NCBI GenBank assembly: GCA_000708835.1
Contig: DF236973.1
Coordinates: 1-64,000 of the forward strand
From: Klebsormidium nitens
Taxonomy: Eukaryota; Plantae; Klebsormidiophyceae
Direction: 5' to 3'
DNA length: 64,000 nt
Position numbers and translations under genes: made by a program. The first letter of the stretch is position 1; each line of letters starts with the position of its first letter. Positions 25,099-37,500 of the stretch are shown in pieces. The notes under the pieces were generated by a model, which was not told where the DNA came from, ran no database searches, and saw only the letters and a program-made list of their open reading frames with translations.

Positions 25099-28000
25099 TC
25101 ACCTGGGCACATACTTGAACTCTTCGCCTTTAAGCCAAAGCTGGTCGTCCTCCACCTCGTTGAAATATACACTCCAGATTTCCCACTTTTGCCCGGGTAT
25201 ATTTGTGTCATATAAGTGACTGTCGATGTCGTCAGCTACGTCCGAGCCGGCCACACGCCACACGTCTGGATTAAGACTCGCCACGTCGTCTGCAAGTACG
25301 GCTCTGTGTTTGTGAACCGGCAAGATTGAAAGGGGATTGGTTAAGACAAGACTGAAAGAATGTAACGGAAGACCTCCTTTCAGGGGAGACCTTACGGACT
25401 CTGAAATGAAATCAAATGCAGCAAATGGCGCTCCTGATGTGGAATTTCAAAACTCCAAGGTCAGACTACTCCAACCGCTCGATGATTCTTCAGATGGAAA
25501 GGAAGGAAAGAAGGAAACACTTACTCAGAGCAGATCAAATATTGGAGGTAAAGAGAGGACCGAAACAAAAAGCAAAGAAAAGGCAGTGAAATAAAGGAAA
25601 GAGCAAGCAATTGTAGGTAACTAGAAGCAAACCTGATTGATCCTCGCAGTCTCTTAAAAATCCAAAGGGAGTCCTTGATTCTCCATCCATTCAACCGAGG
25701 AACGCACGCCACATGGGTATGACACCAATCGGTTCCTACAGGCTCTTGCGAGAACGTACTCTCTCGAGGAAGCGGTCTCACCTCCTATGAACAACTCCTT
25801 TCTAAAAGTGGCGGGGCAAAGCCCCGACGTGCGCACGGGCAAGTCCCAAGCGCACCGCAGCGTCTGGCCCAGCAACCCGTGTGGGTGGTCGAACCGGCTC
25901 GCGTCGTGCAGCGTAACGGTCACCTCTCGGCCCGGCTTGACCGTTACGGCCACCGTCACCTGCCCCGTCCGCAGGAGGACCTCCTCGTAAAACGGGCCGT
26001 CTGATGACGCCAGGTGACGTCGGATAAGCGGGGCGGGTCTAGAACTGCCTAGTTTACCCTCCGAGTCGCTGCTGTTCAAAGCTAGGGCTACACTGTTGCT
26101 TAAAGATTCCGGGCTTGACTCACTGCTATAAAGGGACGGATCTATGCTAACTATTTCTAGCGGGCCACTCATCACAACGGAAGGCGACATGCTTTGGCCT
26201 TTTCTCCTATCCTGCGCCGAAGTACCGTCTGACTTGAAACTTTCAACATCTTCTGTCGCCCCTAAAAGCCGCCTCCTTTCCGCCGTTTTAAACAAGGTTA
26301 TCAACTTCCTATACTCATCTAGTCTACCTTCCTTAGGCCCCTCAACCACCTCCCGTTCGCCTAAAAGTGGTTCCTTAACCCCGGTCTTGTGATCCGCAAC
26401 AATCCTCACCCCCCGCCATCGAACCGCCACCTTCGTAAACGCGTAGCTGTCCGCACTGCTTATAACGCCGTTCACCTGCAACTCCCGGTCCGCGTAAACC
26501 CCGTAAACCCCCGGCTTAACCCGCTGCGTCTCCGGTACTAACCCTCCGGAGTGAACCTCGACCCCGTGAAACGTAACCACCCGATCCGCCGACCAGTGGG
26601 CGACAAACTCCTGGGGGGTTTTCACACCCCCCCCGCCATACAGCTCGCTGTCGAGGTGGTAAGACGCCCCGAACGGGTCGGGCGTCAGCGGCGCAACTCC
26701 CGCCGGCTTCTCCAGCGGATCAATTAAATACTTGCTTGTGAAACGGGTTCCGTTCCGCCGTTCGTTTTCCGCTTGCGTCGCGGCGAAGAGCAGCCGGAAC
26801 TGCGCCGCGACGTTGTCCCACGACCAGTGGCGCGCGAAGCGCGCGGCGTTGCGGCCGAGCTTTTCCCGCAGCGGGGGGGACTTGAGCAGTGACAAAAATG
26901 CCCCCTGGATGCGGGAGTCGTCCTCGAAGGGGACCACCAGGCCGCGCTCATCGGTCAGGACCTCAATCGCAAATCTGCGGCGAGAAAAGAATAGGGGACT
27001 TGGAATAGAGGACAGTAGTTCTAGGGATACGAATTGTGGGGCGGGCATGAGGACTGCGAAACCGGAGATAAGATCATGCAAAACCAAGAACTTCTGAGAG
27101 TCAGGGCCGAATCCAAATAACTTTAGTCGGGTAGGGGTTTTCCAATCAGGGGTAGTAAAGATCATGGGACTGTGTAAGGTTCTATGGGACCGGTTCAAAG
27201 GGTTGGAGGTTGACCCACGGGCCAAACATTTGGCTTGAAATACTGACTTCTTTCGATCGAGATTATACCAATGGTGCAGATACACGGATTGTCCATCTGT
27301 CACACCTCCGTTTGGCTCGACTGTCGCTCAACCTGTGTTCAGTCAATCTGGTTACTTCAAGAAAAGCGTCGCCTTCGAAGACTCCTTGCCATTCAGAGAC
27401 ACGCGGCTTCACACCAGGGTTTGAACGGGCAGATCTAGCTGAAAGCGAAGACAGGATATCGGCCTGAGCAATAACACACGTGGACAGTTTTGCGAGGAGG
27501 TCTTGGTTCACTACTCAGGTCACTTTTGCTCGTCGTGGAAACAAGTGGGGGGTTGTGCCTTCGATTCCCGCTTCTTTCGTCCTGGAAGCGTTTAAAACCA
27601 CCGTTCACAAATCGGAGCAGCCACTATCCAACAATCTGCCAATTCTTCATGCACGCGTGTAGTAAAGATTTTGACCCCTGATTCATCCAATTTGATATCA
27701 AAACCAGGCCACAACTCTACCCACCGTTTGGAGTGCTTGACGGCCACTGAACCGCGGAGTTTCAATCTTCGTCTAACGAATAAGCACTCAGCATCATCTT
27801 CTTTCAGAAAAGCCCTCAAGAACGTTCTTGGCCCACGAAAAATCTCATCAATACGGAGATTGGCTTAAGCTTTGCGATAATGCGTACCTATACGAAGTCG
27901 CCACAATCGCACAGCCGTGCGCCATTGCCTGGAGCAGCGCCCCCGAGGTCGCGGCGACCTCTTCGTACATCGACGCGTACACGTCTGACAGGCCGAGCCA

Positions 28001-30514
28001 CTTGCTGATGTCCGACTGGCTGACGTACTCGCTGTGCCACGTGATGTAGGGCCGAACCTGCGCAGGACAGATGGAAGCGTACGTCTCTTCAGTTTAGCAT
28101 TACTGATCTTTAGCAACAGTAAGCTCCCCACACCAGAGTTGAAACCTAACCCAGAACAAAACCTGCTCCACACCCGTACCCATCCCAAACCCCCAGACTA
28201 ACCCAATCCATCCCGGGCGGGTTAGCTTACTATTGCTTAAGCCTACTGTTGCCAATGTCAAGATTGTTGAAAGTGTCTCGGTGGTGGCTTAGCAGAATAG
28301 AATTTGACGAGGGCGGGGATTCTGATGGTTTCAGTATGTACTTAGTCCACCTGGATACATGCGCCAATACCCGGCGAGTATTCTCCGGATAGTTGCGGCC
28401 CGACTCGACACGCATCTCTGTTTGGATTCGAATCGGAGCATGGAGTGGGATATACTTCAGACGTAGTTGGAGTAAGCGATGGCAGGGGGAGATGTTCACA
28501 GAAGCAAAATAACATTTTACAGCATTGACACAGAGGTTCCTACATCTTTAATCTCTTCGACATCGTCACGACCATGTTTGACGCACCCAATCAACGGGAA
28601 GACTCTTGAAGTGAATTGTTCGCTGAACGGAAGAAGACCCGTTCCTCTGAAGCCCACTCAATCAACGTCGAAAGTGTGCATGAGCCCAGTCACGCACAAC
28701 CCAGGGGCCTCTTCGGAGGTGCCTGGCCTTGTGTGCCAATGAACTTTTACGGCACCAGATAAACTCACAAATCCGCTTCCTGGTTTCAAAGATTACGGGT
28801 TTGGTATTTGCTCACCCCGAGCGCCGTAGCCTCTTCAAGCAGGGCCGGCATGGTGTGCTGCTCCACGTTCTTGCTGTGCTCCATGCCCAGAATCAGCAGC
28901 GCCACCTTCCGCTTGCCCCCCATTTGGTCCAGAATCTCCCGCAGGTTCCGCACAATGCGCTGGAAGCCCTTGTTCTTATGGATAAGCCCGTGACTCATTA
29001 TGAGAAGCGGCCGGTCCTGATGCCCCGCTGGCAACGACATGAGGTGCTCCAGAGTAGCGACGTCGGGGGGATCGTTTCGGGAGAGAATAGGGGGGGGCTG
29101 GAGGGTGCGGGCTCGTTGGGGCGAGCTGGGAGGGTCCACTCCATGGGGGACGAAGAAGACCTGAACGGGAGAAGAAGAAAGTGTGGAGGACTGAAAAGCG
29201 CAGAAAAAGATTTGAGGGAGGTGACTTTGGCAATACTTGGTATCGGACGTATGACTTCAATCAAATGAGCAAGTTGAATAAGGGTATAAGGCACTGCACG
29301 TACTTCTGGAATACTAACATCCGGTATGCCTCAGTACTTGATGCAATGAACAGCACCCATCTACACATAGAACGCCAGCCCGCGCAGACCTCATTCTTTG
29401 GTAGATGCCATCAATTTGTATATAAGGGCACAAGGATTTGCCCTGGAGCACCAAATAAACAGTTGTTTCTGAGTTGACAACTTCGTACGCCGCAGCAATA
29501 AGCCAGAAGTTGGCTCCTGTCAAGCGGTAGCTCTCTACTTGTGGAGCAGGCTCTTCGTCGCTCTCAACAAGCTCAGATTCCAATCTTCAAACCCTGTCTT
29601 CAATTGCTGCAAAACCCACTATCATGACTGGTAGCAACAGGAAGCAAAGAGAAAACCCCCCTGCCAGCTCTTACCTTTGCCTCTGGTACTCCGTACGCTG
29701 TCACCAGGCTGTGGTACCCATGCCAGCTCAGCGCCACAATCGCACTCGAGTGATCGACCAAATGCCGCACGAAGCCCTTCTCCTCAATGTGGGGGTACGC
29801 AAACGGGGAATGGCACACGAGCACCGATTGCAGGTCCCCAATTGGAAGGGCTAACTTCCGCTGGCCTGCGACCACCCAGCGCACGAGGTCCAGCATCTGC
29901 CACTTATGCCACACGATGCCAAATTCGACTTGGGTCAACATATGCGTGAATGGGAGGAAGCTTTTCGGGAGGCCCCCCAGGGCAACCCCTTCTTCCCGTG
30001 ACTTTTGCAGCAGCCCGGCTGCCTTCTCCTGGTGGTTCAAAATCCACCTCGACGTGTTCCAGAAGCTCATGCCTGGTTGGACCGTATCTTTCACGATCTT
30101 CCCGACGACAAAGTGGGGATCGTACCCCGTCATGTCGTCGGTGTCGTCGAGCGCCAGCACCGAGTAGTGGCACTGGAAGTCAGGGGACAGATTGCTCTGC
30201 ACGCGGAGGGTGGCATTCAAGAAGAGCTGCGTGAATTGAGCTATCCCGCACTTCCGCGGGGGGTAAGTGCTGATGACTAGGATGTGACAGGGGCTCCCGG
30301 GGGGGGTTTCTAGCGAGAGCTGGAGCTGGGTGCCCTGCTGAGAAAGGTTTTTGATGGAAGAAACATGGACCTTGGGCTGGAGGGTGAATTTGAGAAGGAA
30401 GCACAAGATGACGAAGAGGATGAGAACCGTGCGCCACGAACAAGGGTCCTTGGCTTTGCGTTTGCGCCTGGGGCTGAGAAGCCCCGCGCGATGTGGAGCC
30501 GGGGCGAAGGCCAT
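25099..30514 (-). CDS. Type II membrane GT4 (GT-B fold) glycosyltransferase with C-terminal VWD/root-cap-like domain (~912 aa, 5 exons)
   Basis: Exons 29675-30514, 28816-29160, 27888-28057, 25782-26974, 25099-25289 sum to 2739 nt in frame. A basic N-tail is followed by hydrophobic VLILFVILCFLL. GT4-type motifs are ILVISTYPPRKCGIAQFT, FFVPHGV, SHGLIHKNKG, SGALLQAMAHGCAIVAT, GLVVPFED and WSWDNVA. The C-terminal region contains PHGLLGQT. The last intron is inferred; the long exon could instead read through to a stop at 25654. Confidence 0.82.
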
Positions 30515-31569
30515 CGTTTCAAAGCGAGGGGTGTTGTCTCGAAGAATGAATGCGGGGAATGCACCTCAATTCCATCTGAATTGCTTGTGTTGGTCCTGGA
30601 GGGGCACCAAAACGGTCCTGTTCCCTCCTTTCCCCAAGAATGGACGACGGACGTATGGACTATGGACGTATGGACGTATGGACCATGTTGAATGGCAAGA
30701 TTCAACTTGAACTCGGAATGAATCTTGGCGAAACCCTAATCTTCTGGATCCTCCTCACGTGGCCTTATTTTCGTATGGATTTTGTCACGCAAGGCCGTCC
30801 CGGCACCCGTCCGCCGTTTCTCTAGCCTGGCTCGACCCATCGGCAGAGCAAAAACAGTATGCCGTCGTTTGGACCGTCTTTTAACGCTGAGAATTCTGCG
30901 TCAAAATGATAAAGAATCATACGACATATCCTGACGTGCGCAAACTGATATTCCGCATTAACGGCTGGTTAAAACTGGGGTTTCAACCGGGTTACCAGCC
31001 GGGACAACAGCCGGTTACCACGCCTGGGCGGTTTACCCTCTGCCGAGACTTTCAAATTCTGAAGATACCGATAGTCTACAAGTACCGGTATTAGAAGGTA
31101 CAGTTGGGTACAGAGCTCTCGGTCAGAGCTCTGCTTTCCAGCTTCAACAGAAGGCCGCATCACTGCAATCAGGCTCGAGAGAAGAGATCGTTGGCGCCGT
31201 AAATCTCCGTTTTCCAAGTACCTAGGTATTCGAAGCTGTAGACTGTAGCTTCCCGTAGCTTCCCGTAGCTTCCCACGAGCTGGAAGTCGTGGCGAATGAT
31301 GGCAGATGCTGGGGGGTCGCTCTTCCCGCTGTTCCCGTCGGGGCAGCAAAGGGTAAGCTTCTTGTTCTGTTTTGTGCATGTAGTGATCATTGGGGCTCAT
31401 TGGGCGCAGCCCTGATGAGGACATGCCAGCTATTTGTATATCATAAACCAAGCTTCTTTTTGATGCAATCAGGAGAAGTGATGAAATGCTGTTCAGTTTC
31501 TGCTTTTCCAACTTACTTTGTGTGCTGCCAGTCTGGTTGCTTAGTTCGCCAATAAGCGGGCTTGCTGCT

Positions 31570-34500
31570 ATGGCAGAAAAGGAGGTATGTTTGACCCACA
31601 TCGACATTTACATCTCCTCAGCTTTACTAAAGCTTGTCTCCAACTAGTTTGCACTCATCATTGGAACAGTTTGCTGTCAAGTTGTTCAAATGTTCACCTT
31701 TTGTATATGTATAGAATGCTGCTGCGCTAGCGAACGCAGGGTACCTAGCCACTGCTACTTTTGTCACCGCGATCTTTGATTTATGTTCTTATGAATGCTG
31801 CCCAAATCAGTGACCTTGAAAGAAGCACAAAGTTCCAAATCAAAGAGACAAACGGTGGTATGACAATTGAGCATCATTGTCTGTCTTGCAGATCAACACC
31901 AGCAGCACCGGGGCAGCAGCCACAGACTGGCTTGTCAACACCAGTTTCGCTGAAGAGCTGCTGCCAGCGTCAGCCCCCGTGCCCCAGGTCTTTGCAGCAG
32001 CGCAACTCTTAGAGTCATCAGATGAGGAAGCCTCTCCCAAGGAGGGTGAAACAAGTAGACGTCAGGCTGCGTCAATTGATCAGGCGGAGGTGCCAGCTGA
32101 CCCTGGTGTTATCCGCAGGAAAGATGATGAAGCCAGGGGACGTGCGGAAGGCAGATTAGACAATGAAGCCGAGCATGATTTTCGGAAGGAAGGCGCCGGG
32201 CCAAGTGACCAGCACAGAGAGGGTCGATCACGGCACAAGCGGAGGAGAAAGCATAGGAGCCGAGAGAGGGACGGCAGTGCGTCAGACGAAAGTCGGGAGC
32301 GGAGGCATCGGAAGCGGCGGAAAGAGCGGGAGAAGGAGAAAGAGAAGGCCAAGGCTGAGGCTGCATCCCTGGAGCGCTTGCGAGTCCCTGCTGGGACGGA
32401 CAGGAAGGCAGCGGTTAAGACCTGGGTGGAGGAGGCGCCGCTGACGTCGGAGTACTATTTCGACACAAAAGGCGATCGGGATAACCTGGCGTTTGGCTCA
32501 CTGTACAGGTCAGACATTTTGCTCCGCTCACCTGGTGATTGAGAAATTGTCCTGTAGAGGAAGCTGTGTCCGCCATTCGGATCAGGTCATGGGAAGGTAT
32601 TTCTGTGTTTGAAATTGTCTTCCATTTATCAAAGCTTCGTTTCTTTAGACTTCTTTGGATGTCTGTGGTTGCCAACTGAAATGGTGTCCTTTGACCTGCA
32701 TCTCGTTGGTCAAACTTTTTGGAGGTATGTTATCACCGCTTGCAAACGTCCTTCCTTCTTACTAAAAGCAATCGACCATAATCGACCATCTACAGATTGG
32801 ATGTGGCCCGATATCATCGACAACCCAGCCAGTTCGTAGAAAGTGTTGGCTCCAAGCGTGGGCGTTTCAGTGGTCTGCAGGAGCCGGAAGAGGTAAGGGA
32901 AGCAGGAGAACACGATGGGTTTCCTTGTCTCCCCTGCTGTCTGAAAACAGCGTTTTCTTGAGTTTCTACTTTGAGAGACGCTTGAGGAGATTCGAAATTG
33001 CCTCTGAGCGCTCTGTTGTTTTGGTCCTGGGTCCAACAGTTTGCGGGTTTAGGTCAACGTCGATTCGAGTGGTTGAAGTGAGTCTCTTGTCTGTAAGAAC
33101 GCCGACGACTGCGCTGCTCAGAATGTTGAGTACCTGGTCCGAGTTAGTTTTGCAAGCAACGGCAGAAGGCCAATCAGACGGCCAATCAAGAGCCACCCTG
33201 TACGTCACGAACTATAGTTGAAAAGCCCTCATTTCTGCTTACATCAAAGGGCCCGAATATGATGCGGATCGCTACATATTAGAGCCAGAATCACTTGTCC
33301 AGACTCGCTTTCGGTTGCTAAGGAGAGGTACCGACAGATGACCACATAAGCCGTTATTACCTGATTAGGTCTTGCCCCGTCAATGGTTTAGTTGCTCGAA
33401 CATTTCCTGATCGTTTCCTGCAGGATGCGTCCGCTCAGGGGGTAGGCGAGAAGCGATACTGGGGCCCGGGGCATGCCCTCAAGGAGAAAAGCAAGAAGCT
33501 CAAGAGGTGAGGGCCGGCAGGTTGTGCTCGCAGATGGGATGGATGGAATAGAAAAATGGGCCTTGGCTGCTTGACCATTGACCTCGTGACATCCTATGGA
33601 TTCCCGTGATATGTTAGGGGTCTTACTCAATAATTGCTATTTCGAGAAGTAGAACGGACATTCGCACGGAGTCCATGGTAAATCTCAGGGCCTGGGAGAA
33701 ATATTATCTCCTATGTTATTCATCCTTACCAGAGGAAAGTCGCGTGCGTATAAAAAGGCTCGGAACTGTCTGCAAATGGCTGTCGGAGCTGGAACTTGCC
33801 AGCGAACAGCTCTACAGAGGTCGAGGTTTTCAAGGGGACTTTGGTGGACGAAGTCACGTTCTGAGCCACCCTATAGTTGAGTTCCAATTTAAGTGAGGCT
33901 CATGCCCGAAAAACGTCTCTTTGAAGTATATGGCGCTCGATGACACCACAGGTCTTCTCGGCTTCTCCAGAGCCGATTGCACAGGTTGTCTTCTTTGCGC
34001 CAGCTTTTAACCCGGCGCGTCGCTCTCTTCTTGCTGTCTCTGCGTTATTCTGACAATCCCCCCTCTCTGTTCAGGGTCAAAGCCACCCCCAGGCCCGGAG
34101 GACGCCCCTCCACTCCTCCGGGGGGCTACATTCCCCTCTTGGAGACCCCCCTGCCAGAGTCAAATGCGGACGAGGGCCCTGTCGAGGAGGGGGAGAGCTT
34201 TGAGGACAGTCTGCTGCGACGTACTCGGGATTTCAACGAGCTGACCCGGACAAGGCCTCAGGAGCTGCAGGGGTGGCTCGACTTTGCCGCGTTCCAGGAC
34301 GAGTTTGTCAAAATAGGGCGCAAGCGGGAGGCGGTGCAGGCGCTGGACAAGAAACTGGCCATCTACGAGAAGGTGAGCGGGGCTCGCACTGCTGGTCATG
34401 AGGTGTGTGCATCTCTTATCTGTGAAATGGTTCTTTAAATTATCGGTGTACGGCTTTGGTTTGTTTAGACGGGTGTAACAAGCTTACAAGGGAGTCTTGA

Positions 34501-37500
34501 TCAGAGATCGTTTCAGCAATATATTCTCGGTTAACGTGCTCAAAAATGCTCCTTGTCATTTCATGAGATTGCCAGTAGTACTGAAAATCTCAAGTTCAGT
34601 TGCCCTTCTCCAGTCACTGACAACCTATCGTCCTTCTCCTTGTCGTCTTTTGACTCAAGCGCCTTGACCACGTATCTGTGCTCACATTAGTTCGTCAGAG
34701 CGCCCTTACTTTAGTTCGTCAAAGTGTCGTGAGCGCAACTTCAGACTTCGCCCATCGTTGAACTTTCTCCAGGCAAGCGCTCGCCTACTCGAGATGACTT
34801 CTCTATCTTTCCACTGCAGGCGCCTGATCACCACCTCTACAGGGACGAACTTTTTCTTGCTTATCACCCGGCCTTGACGCAGCGTCCTGTTGCAAATTTC
34901 CTATTTTCGCTACAGCCTCCCAAGCGCAACTTCAGGTTTTTCCCCTTCTCATACCTCTTCTCTCAAGCGCTCGCCTCTTTTATTGAGAGTTCACTGACCT
35001 TTCTATCTTTCCCCTGCAGGCGCTCGATTATCACCCCGACAGTGACGAGCTCCTTTTGGCTTACCTGACGGCCTCGGCATAGTTTCCTAATCCTTCCTTC
35101 TTTTCGCCACGTCTCCCGAGCGCGGCTTCCGTTTGCCATCTTGACAACTCCAAACAAGCGCTTGCCTTCTCGATCTGATTCCCGCTGGCGTTGTACCTCT
35201 CGCCTGCAGGCGCTTGATCATCACCCCGACAGCGACGAGCTCCTGTTGGCTTACCTCACGGCCTCGGCCCAGCGCGACGACGCGCCGACGCTGCAGGCCA
35301 AGTGGGCCAAAGTCTTGGAACGGCTCTCGGGGAGCTGTCTGCTGTGGCGGGAATACATCCGGCTGCGCAAGGGCCAATACTCGAGCTTCTCGGTGTCGGA
35401 CGTGCGGGGAGTGTACGCGCAGGCACGTGCCGCGCTCGCGCAAGAACGGAACAGGGTCCGGCGAGAAGGGGCGGGAGAGGACAAGGTGAGGGGCATACGA
35501 CTTTGCAACGCAAGATTCCTGGTTTTTGTAGCAGGCGCTCACGCTCCTGAATCTGCTTCCGCTTCGTTGTCTCTCCTTTCGACCTTGTTTGTGATCGGAG
35601 CGTAAGAGGCCAGCAAGCTTTGAATGGACGGACCTCACGGGCGCAAAGGTGTGGGTTAGCATGGGAAAGAAGGAACAGGGTGCCGTCGTTGCTTGAGTTA
35701 GGTGTTCGCTGTGAAAGTACACAGTTGCCTGCTTGCAATGCCTTTCCATAAATGCACGACCATTGACGAGTTAACAATAGACCTGTTTGTTGCTCGAGAA
35801 CATTCACGAACCACAGGGTTCGGATCAAAAGCAACGTGCTCATTGTGCTGAATGAGATTTTCCGGTGCGCAGGTCGGTCAAGTCGAGCGGGATCTAGTGC
35901 GCATCTTCCTGGACGCATGCCTTTTTGAATGGCAGACGGGGCACCACGAACTGGCCGTCGGCCTCCTGCAAGCCCAAGCCGAGTACTCGGTGTTCGGCCC
36001 CCGGATACAGGCCAGCGAGAGCAGCAAGCAGACGCTGTTCCAGCGGTTCTGGGATTCGGAAGCCCCCCGGATCGGGGAAAGCGGCGGGGTTGGCTGGGGC
36101 ACGTGGCTCGCCAAAGAGGAAGAACGGCTGCAGAACTGGGGCGGGGGGGTTGGCGAAGAGGAAGAGGAAGAGGAGGAGAAGGGGGGTTGGTCTGGGTGGC
36201 AGGATTTGAAAGAAATAGGGGGGCCGGGGGCTGAAAGTGACTCCGAGGGGGGGAGGGAATCCGAGGGGGAGGAGGAGGGTTCTGAGGGGGCGGCGATTGA
36301 GGAAGAAAGCGACGAGGCGCTTCTGAAGAGGCTGGGCATCAACCTCGATGCGGCCGATGCCGTGGACGCAGCAAGTGTTGACACATGGCGCAAGTGGGCC
36401 GTCGAGGAGGAGACACGTGGCGAGCAGCAGTGGCTCCCAGTGCGGCCGAAAGAGGGGGAGCTTTCCGACGGCGGAGGAACGGACGGCGAGCTGCAGCGGA
36501 CGGTGCTCTTCGACGACGTACAGCCGTTTCTGTTTTCGCTGGAAACTGACGCTGCGGGGGTGGAGCTTTTGGCCGGGTTTGGGGGATTCTGCGAAGCGCC
36601 CATACCCCTGCTGAGCACTTCAAACGACGCTCAGTTGACGGGGTCACGGGAGGTCATAACAGGCAGTTTACGGGACCACCTCATAAGAGCGACAGCGGAA
36701 GAAGAAAAAGCTGAAGTCAGCTTTACGTCAGCAGCAGATGCAGTGCCTGAGGTTGGGCAGACCGAGCTTAGACCTGCCAAAGGGGGAGAGGTCCTGGTCA
36801 ACCTCGTAGGGGGCCCCGTCTGGCTGGACCAGGACCCCCCCCGAAGGCGGCAGTTCGCAGCCAACCTACTGCTCCAGGCCTCAGGGGCTTTCCCTGCGTC
36901 AGCGCCAATTGCACGAGCCCTGCTGGCGGTGACGTCAGCCGGTGACGTCAGCGGGAAGGAGGCACGTGGCCTTGCGAAAGCGCTTCTGAAGGGGCGACGA
37001 GAGGACCTCACGTTGTGGGGGGCGTATGCAGAACTAGAGGCGGCAGCCGGAAACGTCGGCGCGGCTCGGAAGGTGTTCGGAACGGCGCTTGGGTCCGTAT
37101 CCGCACTTCAACCTGATGCGCGGGATAAGGCGCCGGAGCTGTTTCTGAGTTTTGCCGAAATGGAGTTGCGACTGGACAGAGCAACGGACGGCCAGGATGA
37201 AGCGAGGGGGGAAAACAACGGTCACATTGGCAGCGGCCGCCGGGCGGCGCTGCATATTCTGGCGTGCTTTGGCGAGGGGGAGGCGTTCAAGCCTGCGGAG
37301 GCTGGCGTCGTACCCCCGTCAAGAATACTGAAGGTGAGGCTTCGCGAAGTGGCCTGGATTACCTAGCTCGCAGTCTCCATCTCGCTTGGTAAATCCAACT
37401 CAGTTGCTTTACAAAGCTTGGATGGGTGTGCTGCTGTCAGACAGCGTTCGTCAATGATATATGAAGCCTTCCGGTGTGTTACAGGCGAATTGCTTCCTGG

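Noticed and set aside
25782-26760. Hint/intein or hedgehog-like autoprocessing domain in the GT C-terminus
   Set aside because: No N-terminal Cys/block B TxxH or terminal HN motif was visible.
25654-27303. 549-aa ORF as a stand-alone gene
   Set aside because: Its first ~110 residues are intronic. The true exon starts at the CAG acceptor at 26974 and continues the GT4 frame.
30640-31275. Short tandem repeats (TGGACGTA)n at ~30643-30683 and (GTAGCTTCCC)n at ~31245-31275; also (TTGTGC)n at ~17880
   Set aside because: Ordinary micro/minisatellites with no further structure.
33250-33330. Possible extra NRDE2 exon (AG..GT bounded)
   Set aside because: It is out of phase and gives a stop. The 32892-33424 splice already yields the conserved RYW..LKR segment.
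35878-36618. 246-aa Ser-rich minus-strand ORF
   Set aside because: It is antisense to the acidic NRDE2 exon, a shadow of GC3-biased codons.
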